From contig CAZYRM010000110.1 of assembly GCA_964649705.1 (NCBI GenBank), forward strand, positions 1-21,703: a DNA stretch of 21,703 nucleotides. The letters are read 5' to 3'. A program made the translations under genes and the position numbers. Numbering within the stretch: the first letter of the stretch is position 1; each line of letters begins with the position of its first letter. This document shows, in pieces, positions 1 to 9,372 of this stretch. The DNA comes from an uncultured Planctomycetia bacterium (lineage in GTDB: Bacteria; Planctomycetota; MHYJ01; WSZJ01; CAZYRM01). The notes under the pieces are model-generated. The model saw nothing but the letters and a program-made list of their open reading frames with translations, was not told where the DNA came from and did no database searches.

Positions 1-1583
1 AGACCGGCAGCATCCAGCCGCGCGAGCAGCTCATCCTCAAGAACGAGGTCGAGGGACAGACCACGCTCCTCTACCTCATCCCCGAGGGGACCGCCGTCAA
101 GGCGGGGGACCTCCTCGCGCAGCTCGACGGGAGCAAGCTCACGGACCAGCGGCTGGAGCAGCAGATCACCGTCCAGAACGCCGAGGCCGGCTTCGTGCGC
201 GCACGCGAGACGCTCGAGGTGGAGAAGAGCGTCGCCGAGAGCAACGTCTCCAAGGAGGCCCTCGCCCTCAAGTTCGCCGGCGACGACCTGAAGAAGTACC
301 TCGAGGGCGACTACCCGAACCAGGTCAAGGAGGCGGAGGCGAGGATCACGCTGGCCGAGGGGGAGCTGAAGCGGGCCACGGAGAAGCTGGAGTGGTCGCG
401 GGTCCTGAGCAAGGAGAAGTACGTCTCCGGGACGGAGCTGGAGGGGGACGAGCTGGCCGAGCGCAAGGCGCGGCTCGACGTGGAGCTCGCGAAGAGCGCG
501 CTCGATCTGCTGCGCGGCTTCACGTACGAGCGGACGAAGACGAAGCTCGAGAGCGACCTGGAGCAGGCGAAGCTCTCGCTGGAGCGGACGAAGCGAAAGT
601 CCAACGCCGACCTGATCCAGGCCGAGGCGGACCTCAAGGCGAAGGAGAGCGAGCACCAGCGGCAGCAGGCGAAGCTCAAGAAGATGGAGGAGCAGCTCGG
701 CAAGACGAAGATCGTCGCGCCGCGCGACGGCCTCGTCGTCTACGCCACGTCGACGCAGGGGGGAGGGGGGCGCGGCGGGGGCTCCGAGCCGCTGGCGGAG
801 GGGCAGGCGATCCGCGAGCGCCAGGAGCTGATCAAGCTGCCGACCGCCGAGGACATGATGGCGGTGGTGAAGGTCCACGAGTCGCGCCTGGACAAGGTCC
901 GCCCCGGGCTGACCGTGCGGCTGACGATCGACGCGCTGCCGGGGAGGCAGTTCACGGGAAAGGTCGTCCGCATCGCGCCGCTCCCCGACGCGACGAACAT
1001 GTGGATGAACCCCGACCTGAAGGTCTACACGACGGAGATCTACATCGACCGGAACTCGGAGGGCCTCCGCACGGGGATGTCGTGCCAGGCCCAGGTCCTG
1101 GTGGCGGAGTACGACGACGCGGTCTCGGTGCCGATCCAGGCCGTGGTGAGGCAGGGCGCCCGCGCGCTGGTGTGGGTCGTGCGCGGAGGGCGCACGGAGG
1201 AGCGGGCCGTCGAGGTGGGCCTCGACAACAACAGGATGATCCACGTCGTCTCGGGGCTGGCGGAGGGGGAGGAGGTCCTCCTTGCGCCGCCGCTCGACGC
1301 GGGGGACCGCACGCCGGCGACTCCTGCGGGCGGCGCCGCGTTGTCGCCCTCCAGCCAGAAGATCGGGACGGGGGGCGCGGCAACGGAGGCGCCCGCACCC
1401 GCGGCGGAGCCGGCCGCCGAGAAGCCGCCCGAGGGCCGGGGCGGGCGGGGGGGCAGGACGCCCGAGGAGCGCGAGGCCTGGAAGAAGAAGATGGAGTCGA
1501 TGACGCCGGAGGAGCAGGAGAAGATGCGCGAGCAGATGCGGAACCGGAAGCCGCCCGAGGAAGGGGAGGGCGGACCGAAGTGA
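1..1583 (+). CDS. HlyD/MacA-family periplasmic adaptor (membrane fusion protein) of a tripartite efflux pump; 5' end lies outside the window
   Basis: The frame is open from position 3 with no stop until TGA at 1581-1583. The translation has long coiled-coil segments (…LEQQITVQNAEAGF…ELKRATEKLEWS…LESDLEQAKLSLERTK…) followed by a beta-barrel/MP domain (KIVAPRDGLVVYA, VRIAPLPDATN, SVPIQAVV), typical of HlyD/MacA adaptors. It has an internal GGGGRGGGS insert and an RGG/EK-rich C-terminal tail. Its stop overlaps the next gene's GTG start (GTGA). Confidence 0.85.
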   Translation, partial: TGSIQPREQLILKNEVEGQTTLLYLIPEGTAVKAGDLLAQLDGSKLTDQRLEQQITVQNAEAGFVRARETLEVEKSVAESNVSKEALALKFAGDDLKKYLEGDYPNQVKEAEARITLAEGELKRATEKLEWSRVLSKEKYVSGTELEGDELAERKARLDVELAKSALDLLRGFTYERTKTKLESDLEQAKLSLERTKRKSNADLIQAEADLKAKESEHQRQQAKLKKMEEQLGKTKIVAPRDGLVVYATSTQGGGGRGGGSEPLAEGQAIRERQELIKLPTAEDMMAVVKVHESRLDKVRPGLTVRLTIDALPGRQFTGKVVRIAPLPDATNMWMNPDLKVYTTEIYIDRNSEGLRTGMSCQAQVLVAEYDDAVSVPIQAVVRQGARALVWVVRGGRTEERAVEVGLDNNRMIHVVSGLAEGEEVLLAPPLDAGDRTPATPAGGAALSPSSQKIGTGGAATEAPAPAAEPAAEKPPEGRGGRGGRTPEEREAWKKKMESMTPEEQEKMREQMRNRKPPEEGEGGPK

Positions 1584-2314
1584 CCTCGGCGCCTGCGACC
1601 GTCGCCGACGGGGGGGCCGCGGCGACGCCTCCCGTCGTCGAGCTCCTCGACGTCCGGAAGACCTACCGCATGGGGGCCTCGGAGGTCCACGCGCTCGCGG
1701 GCGTCAGCGCCCGCTTCGAGCAGGGGAGCTACTGGGCGATCATGGGGCCCAGCGGGTCGGGCAAGAGCAGCATGCTGAACCTGCTCGGGTGCCTCGACCG
1801 CCCGACGAGCGGGACCTACCTGCTGCGGGGCCAGGACGTCAGCCGCCTGCCCGACAACGAGCTCAGCGAGCTGCGCCTCAGGCACCTGGGGTTCATCTTC
1901 CAGAGCTTCCACCTCATCCAGCAGCTCACGGTGAGGGAGAACATCGAGCTGCCGCTCTACTACCTGGGCTGGGAGCCTCACGTCGCGGCGGAGCGCGCCA
2001 CGCGGCTGGCGGAGCAGGTGGGGCTGGGGGACAGGCTGGAGCACCGCCCGAACGAGCTGTCGGGCGGGCAGCAGCAGCGCGTCGCGATCGCGAGGGCGCT
2101 GGCGAACGACCCGCCGATCCTGATGGCGGACGAGCCGACGGGGAACCTCGACTCCGCGACCGGCGAGCAGATCATGGCGCTGATCGCCCGCCTGAATAAT
2201 GAGGGGAAGACGGTCATCATGGTGACGCACGAGCCGGACATCGCGGCGCACGCCTCGTACCGGATGCACATGCGGGACGGCCGCGTGGAGAGCATCGAGG
2301 AGGGGAGGCGATGA
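1580..2314 (+). CDS. ABC transporter ATP-binding subunit, MacB/LolD-like (ATPase only, about 244 aa)
   Basis: GTG start at 1580 overlaps the upstream stop (GTGA), with a GGAGGGGAGG-like Shine-Dalgarno (SD) sequence upstream. Walker A GPSGSGKSS, Q-loop, ABC signature LSGGQQQRVAIARAL, Walker B ILMADEPTGNLD and H-loop VTHEP are all present. The N-terminal LLDVRKTYRMG is typical of the MacB/LolD family. The track's long 392..2314 ORF is only an N-terminal extension in another gene's space. Confidence 0.9.
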   Translation: MTSAPATVADGGAAATPPVVELLDVRKTYRMGASEVHALAGVSARFEQGSYWAIMGPSGSGKSSMLNLLGCLDRPTSGTYLLRGQDVSRLPDNELSELRLRHLGFIFQSFHLIQQLTVRENIELPLYYLGWEPHVAAERATRLAEQVGLGDRLEHRPNELSGGQQQRVAIARALANDPPILMADEPTGNLDSATGEQIMALIARLNNEGKTVIMVTHEPDIAAHASYRMHMRDGRVESIEEGRR

Positions 2315-2315
2315 C
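2280..2315 (+). repeat. 36-bp direct repeat, copy A (gccgcgtggagagcAtcgaggaggggaggcgatgac) covering the last 11 codons of the ATPase and its ATGA stop
   Basis: It is identical at 35 of 36 positions to 9558..9593, which sits immediately at the start of the FtsX permease gene. Both copies contain a GGAGGGGAGG SD sequence and ATGA. Confidence 0.85.
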
Positions 2316-2458
2316 CGCCTGCCGGGGAGTCTGCCACACGATTGAGGTCCGGAGGTTGCGCGACAGCCTGGAGTCTGGGACAATTCGCATCCGATTCTGG
2401 GTCCGAGGCGGTCGAGAGGCCGCCGGCCCTCGCCCGGTCGGATATCGCGGACTCCGCC

Positions 2459-4780
2459 ATGGTTCGAGTCGTCGTTGCCGGGCTGCCCGACATCGCGGTG
2501 TGGCTTGCCCGCCGCTTTCCCGGCGCGACGATGCTCGCTACGTCGACGGTCGAGGAGACACGCTCCGCACTCGCTGAGGGCGAGTGGACGGCGCTCCTCA
2601 TCGACGACCGTCTCGACGGCCAGCCGGGCAAGAGCCTGGTCGAGCGACTTCGCGCGCACCCATGCTACGCCCGTCTCCCCATCCTCTACTGTCTCGCCCA
2701 GCGGCCAGCGGGGGAGCAGGCGAAGCGGCTGGTCGCGGACCTGGGCGTCCACCGGCTCCTCGTTCAGCCCGTGGACCGGGAGGACATCGCGCGCCACATC
2801 GCCTCCCTCGCCAGGGTCCCCCTTCCCCCCACTCTCGAAGCGAGCGAGGTGGACCCGGAAGAGCGCGCCGAGTTGATCGAGATTTGGGAGAAGTACCGCG
2901 ACCAGCGCAGGGAGCGTATCGCGACGCTGGAGCTGGCGACCCTGGCGATCCGCTCGCGCACGCTCGACGCGTCGCTCGCCATGCGTGCGGAGGCCGCAGC
3001 GCACTGGCTCGCGGGCTCGGTCGGCACGTTCGGATATCTGGACGGCACACGCATCGCGCGTTCCCTCGAGCGCGTTTTCAAGGTGCTCGCCCCTTCGGGG
3101 TCGGCCGACGCGGAGCAGGTGGCCGAGCTCCTGGGGGCCCTGCAGGCGGAGCTTTCCCGTCCGCCGCTCGCCGCCACCCCGTCCGCGGCTCCCGCCGGAT
3201 CGATGACGGAGGGGGAGGATGCGCCGTACCTGCTGATCGCCGACGACGACCCGGCCGTGGGAGAGGCGCTGGCGAGGGAGGCGGGTGGGCGGGGCATGCG
3301 AACGACCGTGGCGACCGACATCGCCTCCGCGCGCGAGGCGGCGCGACGGGAACGGCCCTCGGCTGTCGTGCTCGACCTCGCCTTCCCGGGAAACACCGAG
3401 GGCGGCCTGGCCCTTCTGGCGGAGATGGGGTCGATTCAGCCGCCCATCCCGGTCCTGATCCACACTTCGTCGGACGAATTCTCGCACCGGGTCGAGACGG
3501 CGAGGCTCGGCGCGGGAGGGTTCCTGCACAAGCCGCTCTCCCCCGCGGCGGTCCTGACCGAGGTCCAGGGCCTGCTCCAGCGCGTGCGCTCGGCGCAACC
3601 GCACGTCCTCGCCGTGGACGACGACAGCGGCCTGCTGGCCGCCCTTCGCGCCCGCATCCAGGCGCAAGGCGTCCGCGTGACCACGCTCGACGACCCGCTC
3701 CGGTTCTGGGACGTGCTGGAACACGCCTCCCCCGACCTCCTCGTGCTGGACGTGGAGATGCCGCACGTCGGGGGCATCGAGCTCTGCCGCGTCGTGCGGA
3801 ACGACGCCCGATGGTCGAGGCTGCCGGTCCTTTTCCTGACGACCCACGTCGAGCCCGACGTCGTCGAGCGGCTCTTCGCCGCGGGCGCGGACGACTACGT
3901 GACGAAGCCGATCATTGGAGCGGAGCTGATCACGCGGATTCGCAACCGCCTCGACCGCGTCCGCCTGCACCGACGGCTCGCCGAGACCGACTTCCTCACC
4001 GGCGTCTCGAACCGCCAGCGCTCGGGCGAGACCCTCGAGAAGCTCCTGCGACTCGCCGAGCGGCAACGGGCGCCGTTGAGCGTGGGCCTCCTCGACCTGG
4101 ACCGCTTCAAGGACGTGAACGACACGCACGGCCACGCGGCGGGGGACGCCGTCCTCGCCCGTCTCGGGAGGCTGCTGCTGCGCACCTTCCGCGGAGAGGA
4201 CGTCGTCGCGCGGTGGGGCGGGGAGGAGTTCGTCGTCGGCATGTACGGGATGACGAGGAACGACGGCGTGGAGCGGCTCGCGCAGGCGCTCGAGGCCTGG
4301 CGCACGGAGGAATTCGCGGGGAAGGAAGATGCGAAGTTCCACTGCAGTTTCAGCGCGGGGATCTCCCAGTACCCGTGCGACGGGGGGAGCCTTGATGCGC
4401 TGTACCGGGTCGCGGACGAGGCGCTCTACCGGGCGAAGCACGAGGGACGCGACCGGATCGTACCGGCCGGACCAGGAACGGAAGCGGCGGGCGACGACGG
4501 GGCCATCGCCGTCGCCGTCGCGGACGATGCGACGGCCGCGATGGTCCGGCGTGCGCTCGTCACGCGGGGGTACCGCGTGTGGGCCGCGCGCGACCAGGAG
4601 GCGATGCCCCGCGGGAACGGAGCGCGCGTCGCCGTGATCGGCGGCGAGGGGCCGCCCGACGGGCTCGATGCGGCCGCGATCCTGCGGATCGAGAGTCCCG
4701 TGCTCCTGGCCGATGTCGTCAGGCGCGTGAGATTCGCCATGGAGGGGGACCTCCGCCGCGCGATGGCGGAGGCCCCGTAG
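2459..4780 (+). CDS. Multi-receiver response regulator with GGDEF diguanylate cyclase domain (PleD-like; REC-like, REC, REC, GGDEF, then a degenerate REC-like C-terminus)
   Basis: Receiver signatures include LLIADDDPAV…VVLDLAFPG…FLHKPL and HVLAVDDDSG…LLVLDVEMPHVGG…DYVTKPI. The GGDEF domain has the active-site motif RWGGEEFVV plus DLDRFKDVNDTHGH and YRAKHEGRDRIV. Start is placed at ATG 2459 (MVRVVVAGL). An in-frame TTG at 2342 is an alternative. No clear SD sequence is visible. Confidence 0.8.
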   Translation: MVRVVVAGLPDIAVWLARRFPGATMLATSTVEETRSALAEGEWTALLIDDRLDGQPGKSLVERLRAHPCYARLPILYCLAQRPAGEQAKRLVADLGVHRLLVQPVDREDIARHIASLARVPLPPTLEASEVDPEERAELIEIWEKYRDQRRERIATLELATLAIRSRTLDASLAMRAEAAAHWLAGSVGTFGYLDGTRIARSLERVFKVLAPSGSADAEQVAELLGALQAELSRPPLAATPSAAPAGSMTEGEDAPYLLIADDDPAVGEALAREAGGRGMRTTVATDIASAREAARRERPSAVVLDLAFPGNTEGGLALLAEMGSIQPPIPVLIHTSSDEFSHRVETARLGAGGFLHKPLSPAAVLTEVQGLLQRVRSAQPHVLAVDDDSGLLAALRARIQAQGVRVTTLDDPLRFWDVLEHASPDLLVLDVEMPHVGGIELCRVVRNDARWSRLPVLFLTTHVEPDVVERLFAAGADDYVTKPIIGAELITRIRNRLDRVRLHRRLAETDFLTGVSNRQRSGETLEKLLRLAERQRAPLSVGLLDLDRFKDVNDTHGHAAGDAVLARLGRLLLRTFRGEDVVARWGGEEFVVGMYGMTRNDGVERLAQALEAWRTEEFAGKEDAKFHCSFSAGISQYPCDGGSLDALYRVADEALYRAKHEGRDRIVPAGPGTEAAGDDGAIAVAVADDATAAMVRRALVTRGYRVWAARDQEAMPRGNGARVAVIGGEGPPDGLDAAAILRIESPVLLADVVRRVRFAMEGDLRRAMAEAP

Positions 4781-4855
4781 TCGCGCTCTCGAGGCGCACA
4801 CGTCGGCCGCCCCGCGGAAGGGCGGGGGGCCGCACACCGTGGAGGGATGGCCGAG

Positions 4856-5236
4856 ATGCCGAAGATCCTGCTTGTCGAAGACAACGAAATGAACCGCGAC
4901 ATGCTGTCGCGCCGACTCGAACGGCGCGGCTTCCAGGTCTCGATCGCCGTCGACGGCAAGGCGGCCCTCGATCTCGTCCGGACCGAGCTTCCCGACCTGG
5001 TCCTCATGGACATGAACCTCCCCGAGATCGACGGCTGGGAGGCCACCCGACGGCTCAAGGCGGACGAGGCCACGCGCCCGATCCCCGTTCTCGCGCTCAC
5101 CGCGCACGCCATGGCGGGCGACCGGGACAAGGCGCTCGCGGCGGGGGCCGACGACTACGACATCAAGCCGGTCGAGTTCGCGCGCCTCGTGGGGAAGATC
5201 GAGGCTCTCCTGAAGAGGACGCCGCCGAAGGCGTGA
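4856..5236 (+). CDS. Single-domain CheY-like response regulator receiver
   Basis: The translation reads MPKILLVEDNEMNRDML…DLVLMDMNLPEIDGWE…DYDIKPV. GGAGGG at 4841-4846 sits 9-10 nt upstream of ATG 4856. An in-frame ATG at 4847 is too close to the SD sequence to be the start. Stop is TGA at 5234-5236. Confidence 0.88.
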   Translation: MPKILLVEDNEMNRDMLSRRLERRGFQVSIAVDGKAALDLVRTELPDLVLMDMNLPEIDGWEATRRLKADEATRPIPVLALTAHAMAGDRDKALAAGADDYDIKPVEFARLVGKIEALLKRTPPKA

Positions 5237-5273
5237 TGCGCGCCGCCCCATTCGAATCCGCAGAGAGACCCGC

Positions 5274-7705
5274 ATGTTGAACGCCCTTCGCCGCGCCCTG
5301 GTCCGCCGACCGATCGTCGCCATCAGCGCGCTCGTCCTCATCGCCGGCGTCGCCATCGTCTTCCTCATGAACCGCCTGGCGACCAACCTCCTGGAGTTCA
5401 AGGCCGCCCGCGACGCGTCCCTCTACTCGACGGCGCTCGCCGAGTTCCGCACGCTCTACACGTCCGAGGTCGTCGCCACCGCCACGGCGAACGGGATCGA
5501 GGTCACCCACGACTACAAGAAGAAGAAGGGGGCCATCCCGCTGCCGGCGACGCTCAGCATGCTGCTGGGCGAAAGGATCGGGGTGCACGAGTCGGGGGCC
5601 GAGAGCCATCTCTATTCCCCGTATCCCTTCCCGTGGCGCGCCGCGGAGGGGGGCTTCGCGACGGGTTCCGCAAGGCGGCCTGGGACCATCTCAACGCGGA
5701 GCCCGAGGGCGCCTACTACCGGTTCGAGACGGTCGGCGGCAGCCCCGTGCTCCGGTACGCCACGGCTGACCGCATGCGGCAGGCGTGCGTGAACTGCCAC
5801 AACTCGCACCCCGACAGCCCGAAGACCGACTGGAAGGAGGGAGACGTCCGCGGCATCCTGGAGGTCGACCTCCCCATGGTGGCGGCGCAGACGGAGACGC
5901 GGAGGGAACTGCTCGGGACGACGGCCCTCCTGGCCGGGATGGCCGCGGTCGGGCTCGGCCTGCTCGCGCTCCTCATCGGCGGGCTGCGGAGGACGTCGAG
6001 CGACCTGGAGACGAACGTTCAGAAGCTCCGCGAAGCGCACGAGCAGCTCAGGGTCAGCTACAACACCGTCGAGGAAACGGTGCGGACGCGGACTTCCGAG
6101 CTTCAGACGAGCATGAACGACCTCGCGCGCGCGAACCAGGCGCTGGACGAGGCGCGGGAGCTTGCCGAGCAGGCGAACCGCACGAAGAGCGCCTTCCTCG
6201 CGAACATGAGCCACGAGCTGCGTACGCCCCTCAACGCGATCATCGGGTACAGCGAGATGCTTCAGGAGGAGATGTCGGGGGAGGGGCGCGACGCGCACGT
6301 CGCCGATGCGGAGAAGATCCGCGCCGCGGGACTCCACCTGCTGCGCCTGATCAACGAGGTGCTCGATCTGTCGAAGATCGAGGCGGGGAAGATGGTGCTC
6401 GCGCCGGAGACGTTTGACGTGGCGCGACTCGTCGATGACGTCGTCAGCACGGTCCGCCCCCTCGCGGAGCAGAACTCGAACCGTCTGATGGTCGAGGTCG
6501 CCCCCGACGCTGGCGACCTCTACGCAGATTTGACGCGGGTACGCCAGACGCTGTTCAACCTCCTCAGCAACGCGTGCAAGTTCACGCGGAACGGCGTGGT
6601 GACGGTGAAGGTCCGCCGGGAGAGCGCCGCGGATGGCGGCTGGATTTCGATGGCGGTCACGGACACCGGCATCGGGATGAGCCCGGAACAGGTCTCGAAG
6701 CTCTTCCAGGAGTTCCAGCAGGCGTCCTCCTCCACCGCGCGCGAATACGGCGGCACGGGATTGGGGCTCGCGATCACGCGCAGGCTCTGCACCCTGATGG
6801 GCGGGGAGGTGACCGTGACGAGCGAGCCGGGGAAGGGCTCCACGTTCACGGTGCGGCTCCCCGTCGCGCGGGAGGCCTCGCCTGCGCGAGAGGAGCCGAT
6901 CGTCGGCGCCTCACCCGCCCTTCGGCACGAAGCCGCTTCCGGACGCAACCTCGTCCTCTCGATCGACGACGAGCCATCGACCCTCGAGCTGCTCTCCCGC
7001 TTCCTGGGCAAGGAGGGCTTCACGATCGTCACGACGACCAGCGGGGTCGAGGGGGTGAACCTCGCACGGAAGCTGTCGCCGATCGCCATCACGCTCGATG
7101 TGATGATGCCCGGGACCGACGGCTGGGAGGTGCTGACGATGCTCAAGAGCGACCCGGCCACCAGGGACATCCCCGTCCTCGTGTTGAGCATTCTCGATCA
7201 GCAGCAGACGGGCTTCGCGCTCGGGGCGTCGCACTACCTCATGAAGCCGATCGACCGCGACGCGCTCGTAGGAGTGCTCGCCCCCTACCGCCGCGTCGAC
7301 GGCGCCGCAAAGGTCCTGGTCGTCGAGGACGACCCCGACAGCCGCGACCTCGCCCGGAGGATCGCGGAGCGGCAAGGCTGGAGCGTCACGGAAGCCGTGA
7401 ACGGGCGCGAGGGACTGGAGCGCATGGTCGAGGTGTCCCCCGACGTCGTCATCCTTGACCTCATGATGCCCGAGCTGGACGGGTTTGAGTTCCTGAAGGA
7501 GATGAGGCGCGAACCGAAGTGGCGCACCGTGCCGGTGATCGTCGTCACCTCGAAGGACCTGACGACGGAGGACCACATGCGCCTGAACAACGGCGTGCTG
7601 AAGATCCTCCAGAAGAGCAAGATCACGAAGGACGACCTGCTGAGCGAGATCCGCGACGCGCTGCATGGACGGATCGCGACCTCCATCCGCCCGCAGGTCT
7701 CGTGA
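5274..7705 (+). CDS. Hybrid sensor histidine kinase: N-terminal TM, periplasmic DUF3365/Tll0287-like heme-c sensor (CxxCH), TM, HisKA, HATPase_c, two REC. It is interrupted by a single-base frameshift in a G6 run (5648-5653), so it is a possible pseudogene or sequencing error
   Basis: Frame 0 (5274..) gives an N-terminal TM helix and the first half of the sensor (…[15 protein letters not shown]). Frame 2 (from 5633) continues seamlessly with [13 protein letters not shown]…YYRFE…[41 protein letters not shown]. That is followed by a TM helix, the H-box [23 protein letters not shown], a HATPase (GGTGLGLAI) and two receiver domains (ITLDVMMPG…YLMKP and [12 protein letters not shown]…). Inserting one G restores a continuous ORF. 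Confidence 0.8.
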
Positions 7706-9372
7706 CGACCGTCGGTCCCGGGCCTCGCCGCCCCGCGCCCAGCGCGACGTGGATCGCCCTGGTCGCTGCGGCCTACGTTGTCACCGGCCGGCTAGGGATC
7801 GCGGCAGCGCTCCAGCAGGTCACTTCTGTCTGGCCCCCGTCGGGTCTTGCCCTCGCCGCGGTCCTCCTCCTCGGTCCGCGCGCGGCGGCCGGGGTGGCCC
7901 TCGGCTCCTTCCTCCTCAATTTCGGCCTCACCTTCGACCGCGCCCGCCCGGTCGCGTCGGTCGCCGTCGTCGCGGCAATGGCGGTCGGGTCGACGATCGA
8001 GTGCCTGGTCGGGCGCGCGCTGCTCCTGCGCTTCGCCCGCGGCGCAGCCTGCCTCGACCGGGCCGCCGACGTCTTCCGCTTCGTGGCGCTGGCAGGGCTA
8101 CTCAGCCCGACGCTCGCAGCGACGATCGGCGCCGCTGCCCTGACCCTGGGAGGCCCGCCCTCGCACCGCGGATTTGGCCCCATCTGGTCCACCTGGTGGA
8201 TCGGGGACGCGGTCGGCGTCTTCGTCGTCGCGCCACTGCTGCTCGCCTGGGCGCGAGAGCCGCGCCTTGCGCGCGACCCCTGGCGCTGGGCGGAGGCCCT
8301 GCTCCTCGGCGGGGCGGTCCTCGCGGTCGCGCTGACTGCGTTCCGCGCCGGCTACCCCGTCGAAACGCTCGCGATCCCGTGTCTGGTCTGGGCCGCCTTC
8401 AGCTTCGGCGCTCGCGGCGCGACTCTGCTCACCGTCGTCCTCGCGGGGATCGCGGTCTGGGGAACCGTCCACGGGCACGGCACCTTCGCCCGGACGACGC
8501 TCGGCGAGTCGCTCGCCTTCCTCCAGACGTTTGTCGGCGTCGTCGCGGTCTCCTCCCTTGCCCTCTGCGCCGTGCTCGCCGAACGCGCGGCCCGGTCCGT
8601 CGACCTCCTCCGCGCCATGGAGGAGTCGACCGCCGCCCGCGTCGCGGCGGAATCGGCCAACCGCGCGAAGACCCTGTTCCTCGCCAATATGAGCCACGAG
8701 CTCCGCACGCCTCTCAACCACATCATCGGGTACGCCGAAATGCTCCAGGAGGACGCGGAGCGGGAAGGGCGCGCGGAGGCCGTGTCAGACCTGAAGAAGG
8801 TCGTCACGTCCGCGCGCTCGCTCCTGGGGGTCCTTCATTCGATCCTCGATGCCGCCCGGCTGGAGGCGGGCACGATCGACCTGACCATCGGCGAGTTCGA
8901 CCTCTCCTCGGTGGTCTACGAGGTGAGGGGCCTGACCCTCCCCCTGGCGGAGGCGAACGGCAACACGCTGGAGGTCCGGGTCGCCAACGGGATTGGCCCT
9001 GTTCGAGGTGACCGGGAGAAGGTGCGCCAGGCCCTCCTCCATGTCGTCGACAACGCGTGCAAATTCACCAGGAACGGCGCAATCTCCGTGGCGGCGTCGC
9101 GGGAGACCTGGGGAGGACGTCCCTGCCTTGCCATCGTCGTGTCGGACACGGGAATCGGGCTGGGTAAGGAGGAGATCGACGGGATCTTCCGTCCGTTCGT
9201 CCAGGTCGACGCCTCCCCCACGCGGCGCTACGGAGGCCTCGGTCTGGGCCTCTCGATCGCACGTCAGTTCCTTCAGATGCTCGACGGGGATCTATCGGTG
9301 ACAAGCGTGCCGGGCCAGGGATCGACGTTCACGCTGCGGCTGCCCGACGGCGTCCTGCCCAGCGGAACCTGA
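7702..9372 (+). CDS. MASE1-domain sensor histidine kinase (HisKA + HATPase_c)
   Basis: A GTG start at 7702 overlaps the upstream TGA (GTGA). The N-terminal polytopic membrane domain has the MASE1 signature (…[34 protein letters not shown]…). The H-box [23 protein letters not shown] is near-identical to that of the upstream kinase. The HATPase region carries DNACKFT…[12 protein letters not shown]…[11 protein letters not shown]. Stop is TGA at 9370-9372. Confidence 0.8.
   Translation: MTTVGPGPRRPAPSATWIALVAAAYVVTGRLGIAAALQQVTSVWPPSGLALAAVLLLGPRAAAGVALGSFLLNFGLTFDRARPVASVAVVAAMAVGSTIECLVGRALLLRFARGAACLDRAADVFRFVALAGLLSPTLAATIGAAALTLGGPPSHRGFGPIWSTWWIGDAVGVFVVAPLLLAWAREPRLARDPWRWAEALLLGGAVLAVALTAFRAGYPVETLAIPCLVWAAFSFGARGATLLTVVLAGIAVWGTVHGHGTFARTTLGESLAFLQTFVGVVAVSSLALCAVLAERAARSVDLLRAMEESTAARVAAESANRAKTLFLANMSHELRTPLNHIIGYAEMLQEDAEREGRAEAVSDLKKVVTSARSLLGVLHSILDAARLEAGTIDLTIGEFDLSSVVYEVRGLTLPLAEANGNTLEVRVANGIGPVRGDREKVRQALLHVVDNACKFTRNGAISVAASRETWGGRPCLAIVVSDTGIGLGKEEIDGIFRPFVQVDASPTRRYGGLGLGLSIARQFLQMLDGDLSVTSVPGQGSTFTLRLPDGVLPSGT

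Noticed and set aside
392-1579. Long N-terminal extension of the ABC ATPase ORF (track ORF 392..2314)
   Set aside because: It runs in another frame through the HlyD gene and translates to RG-rich nonsense. Conserved ATPase sequence begins only at GTG 1580, which has an SD sequence and overlaps the HlyD stop.
2311-2577. 88-aa ORF starting at the ATGA junction after the ATPase
   Set aside because: It is the out-of-frame remnant of the former permease start. It runs into the cyclase gene in a different frame, and its Cys/Arg-rich translation has no homology features.
4781-4846. GC-rich imperfect inverted repeat (cggccgccccgcggaagggcggggggccg) between the cyclase and CheY genes
   Set aside because: The stem has several mismatches and no U-tract. 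It overlaps the likely SD-sequence region. I cannot distinguish a terminator/attenuator from ordinary GC-rich intergenic sequence.
1040-5401. 1453-aa ORF on the minus strand
   Set aside because: It is antisense to four well-supported plus-strand genes (adaptor, ATPase, cyclase, CheY). The translation is Arg/Pro/Gly-rich low complexity, typical of off-frame reading in 70% GC DNA. It has no recognisable domains.
5274-5792. Treating 5274..5792 and 5633..7705 as two independent genes
   Set aside because: The domain continues uninterrupted across the G6 run once a single base is added. The 5274 frame degenerates into low complexity after 5655. A single frameshifted gene is the better model.
7519-7701. 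Upstream extension of the MASE1 kinase ORF (track start 7519)
   Set aside because: It would overlap the C-terminus of the hybrid kinase by more than 180 nt. GTG 7702 overlapping the upstream stop gives a natural MASE1 N-terminus.
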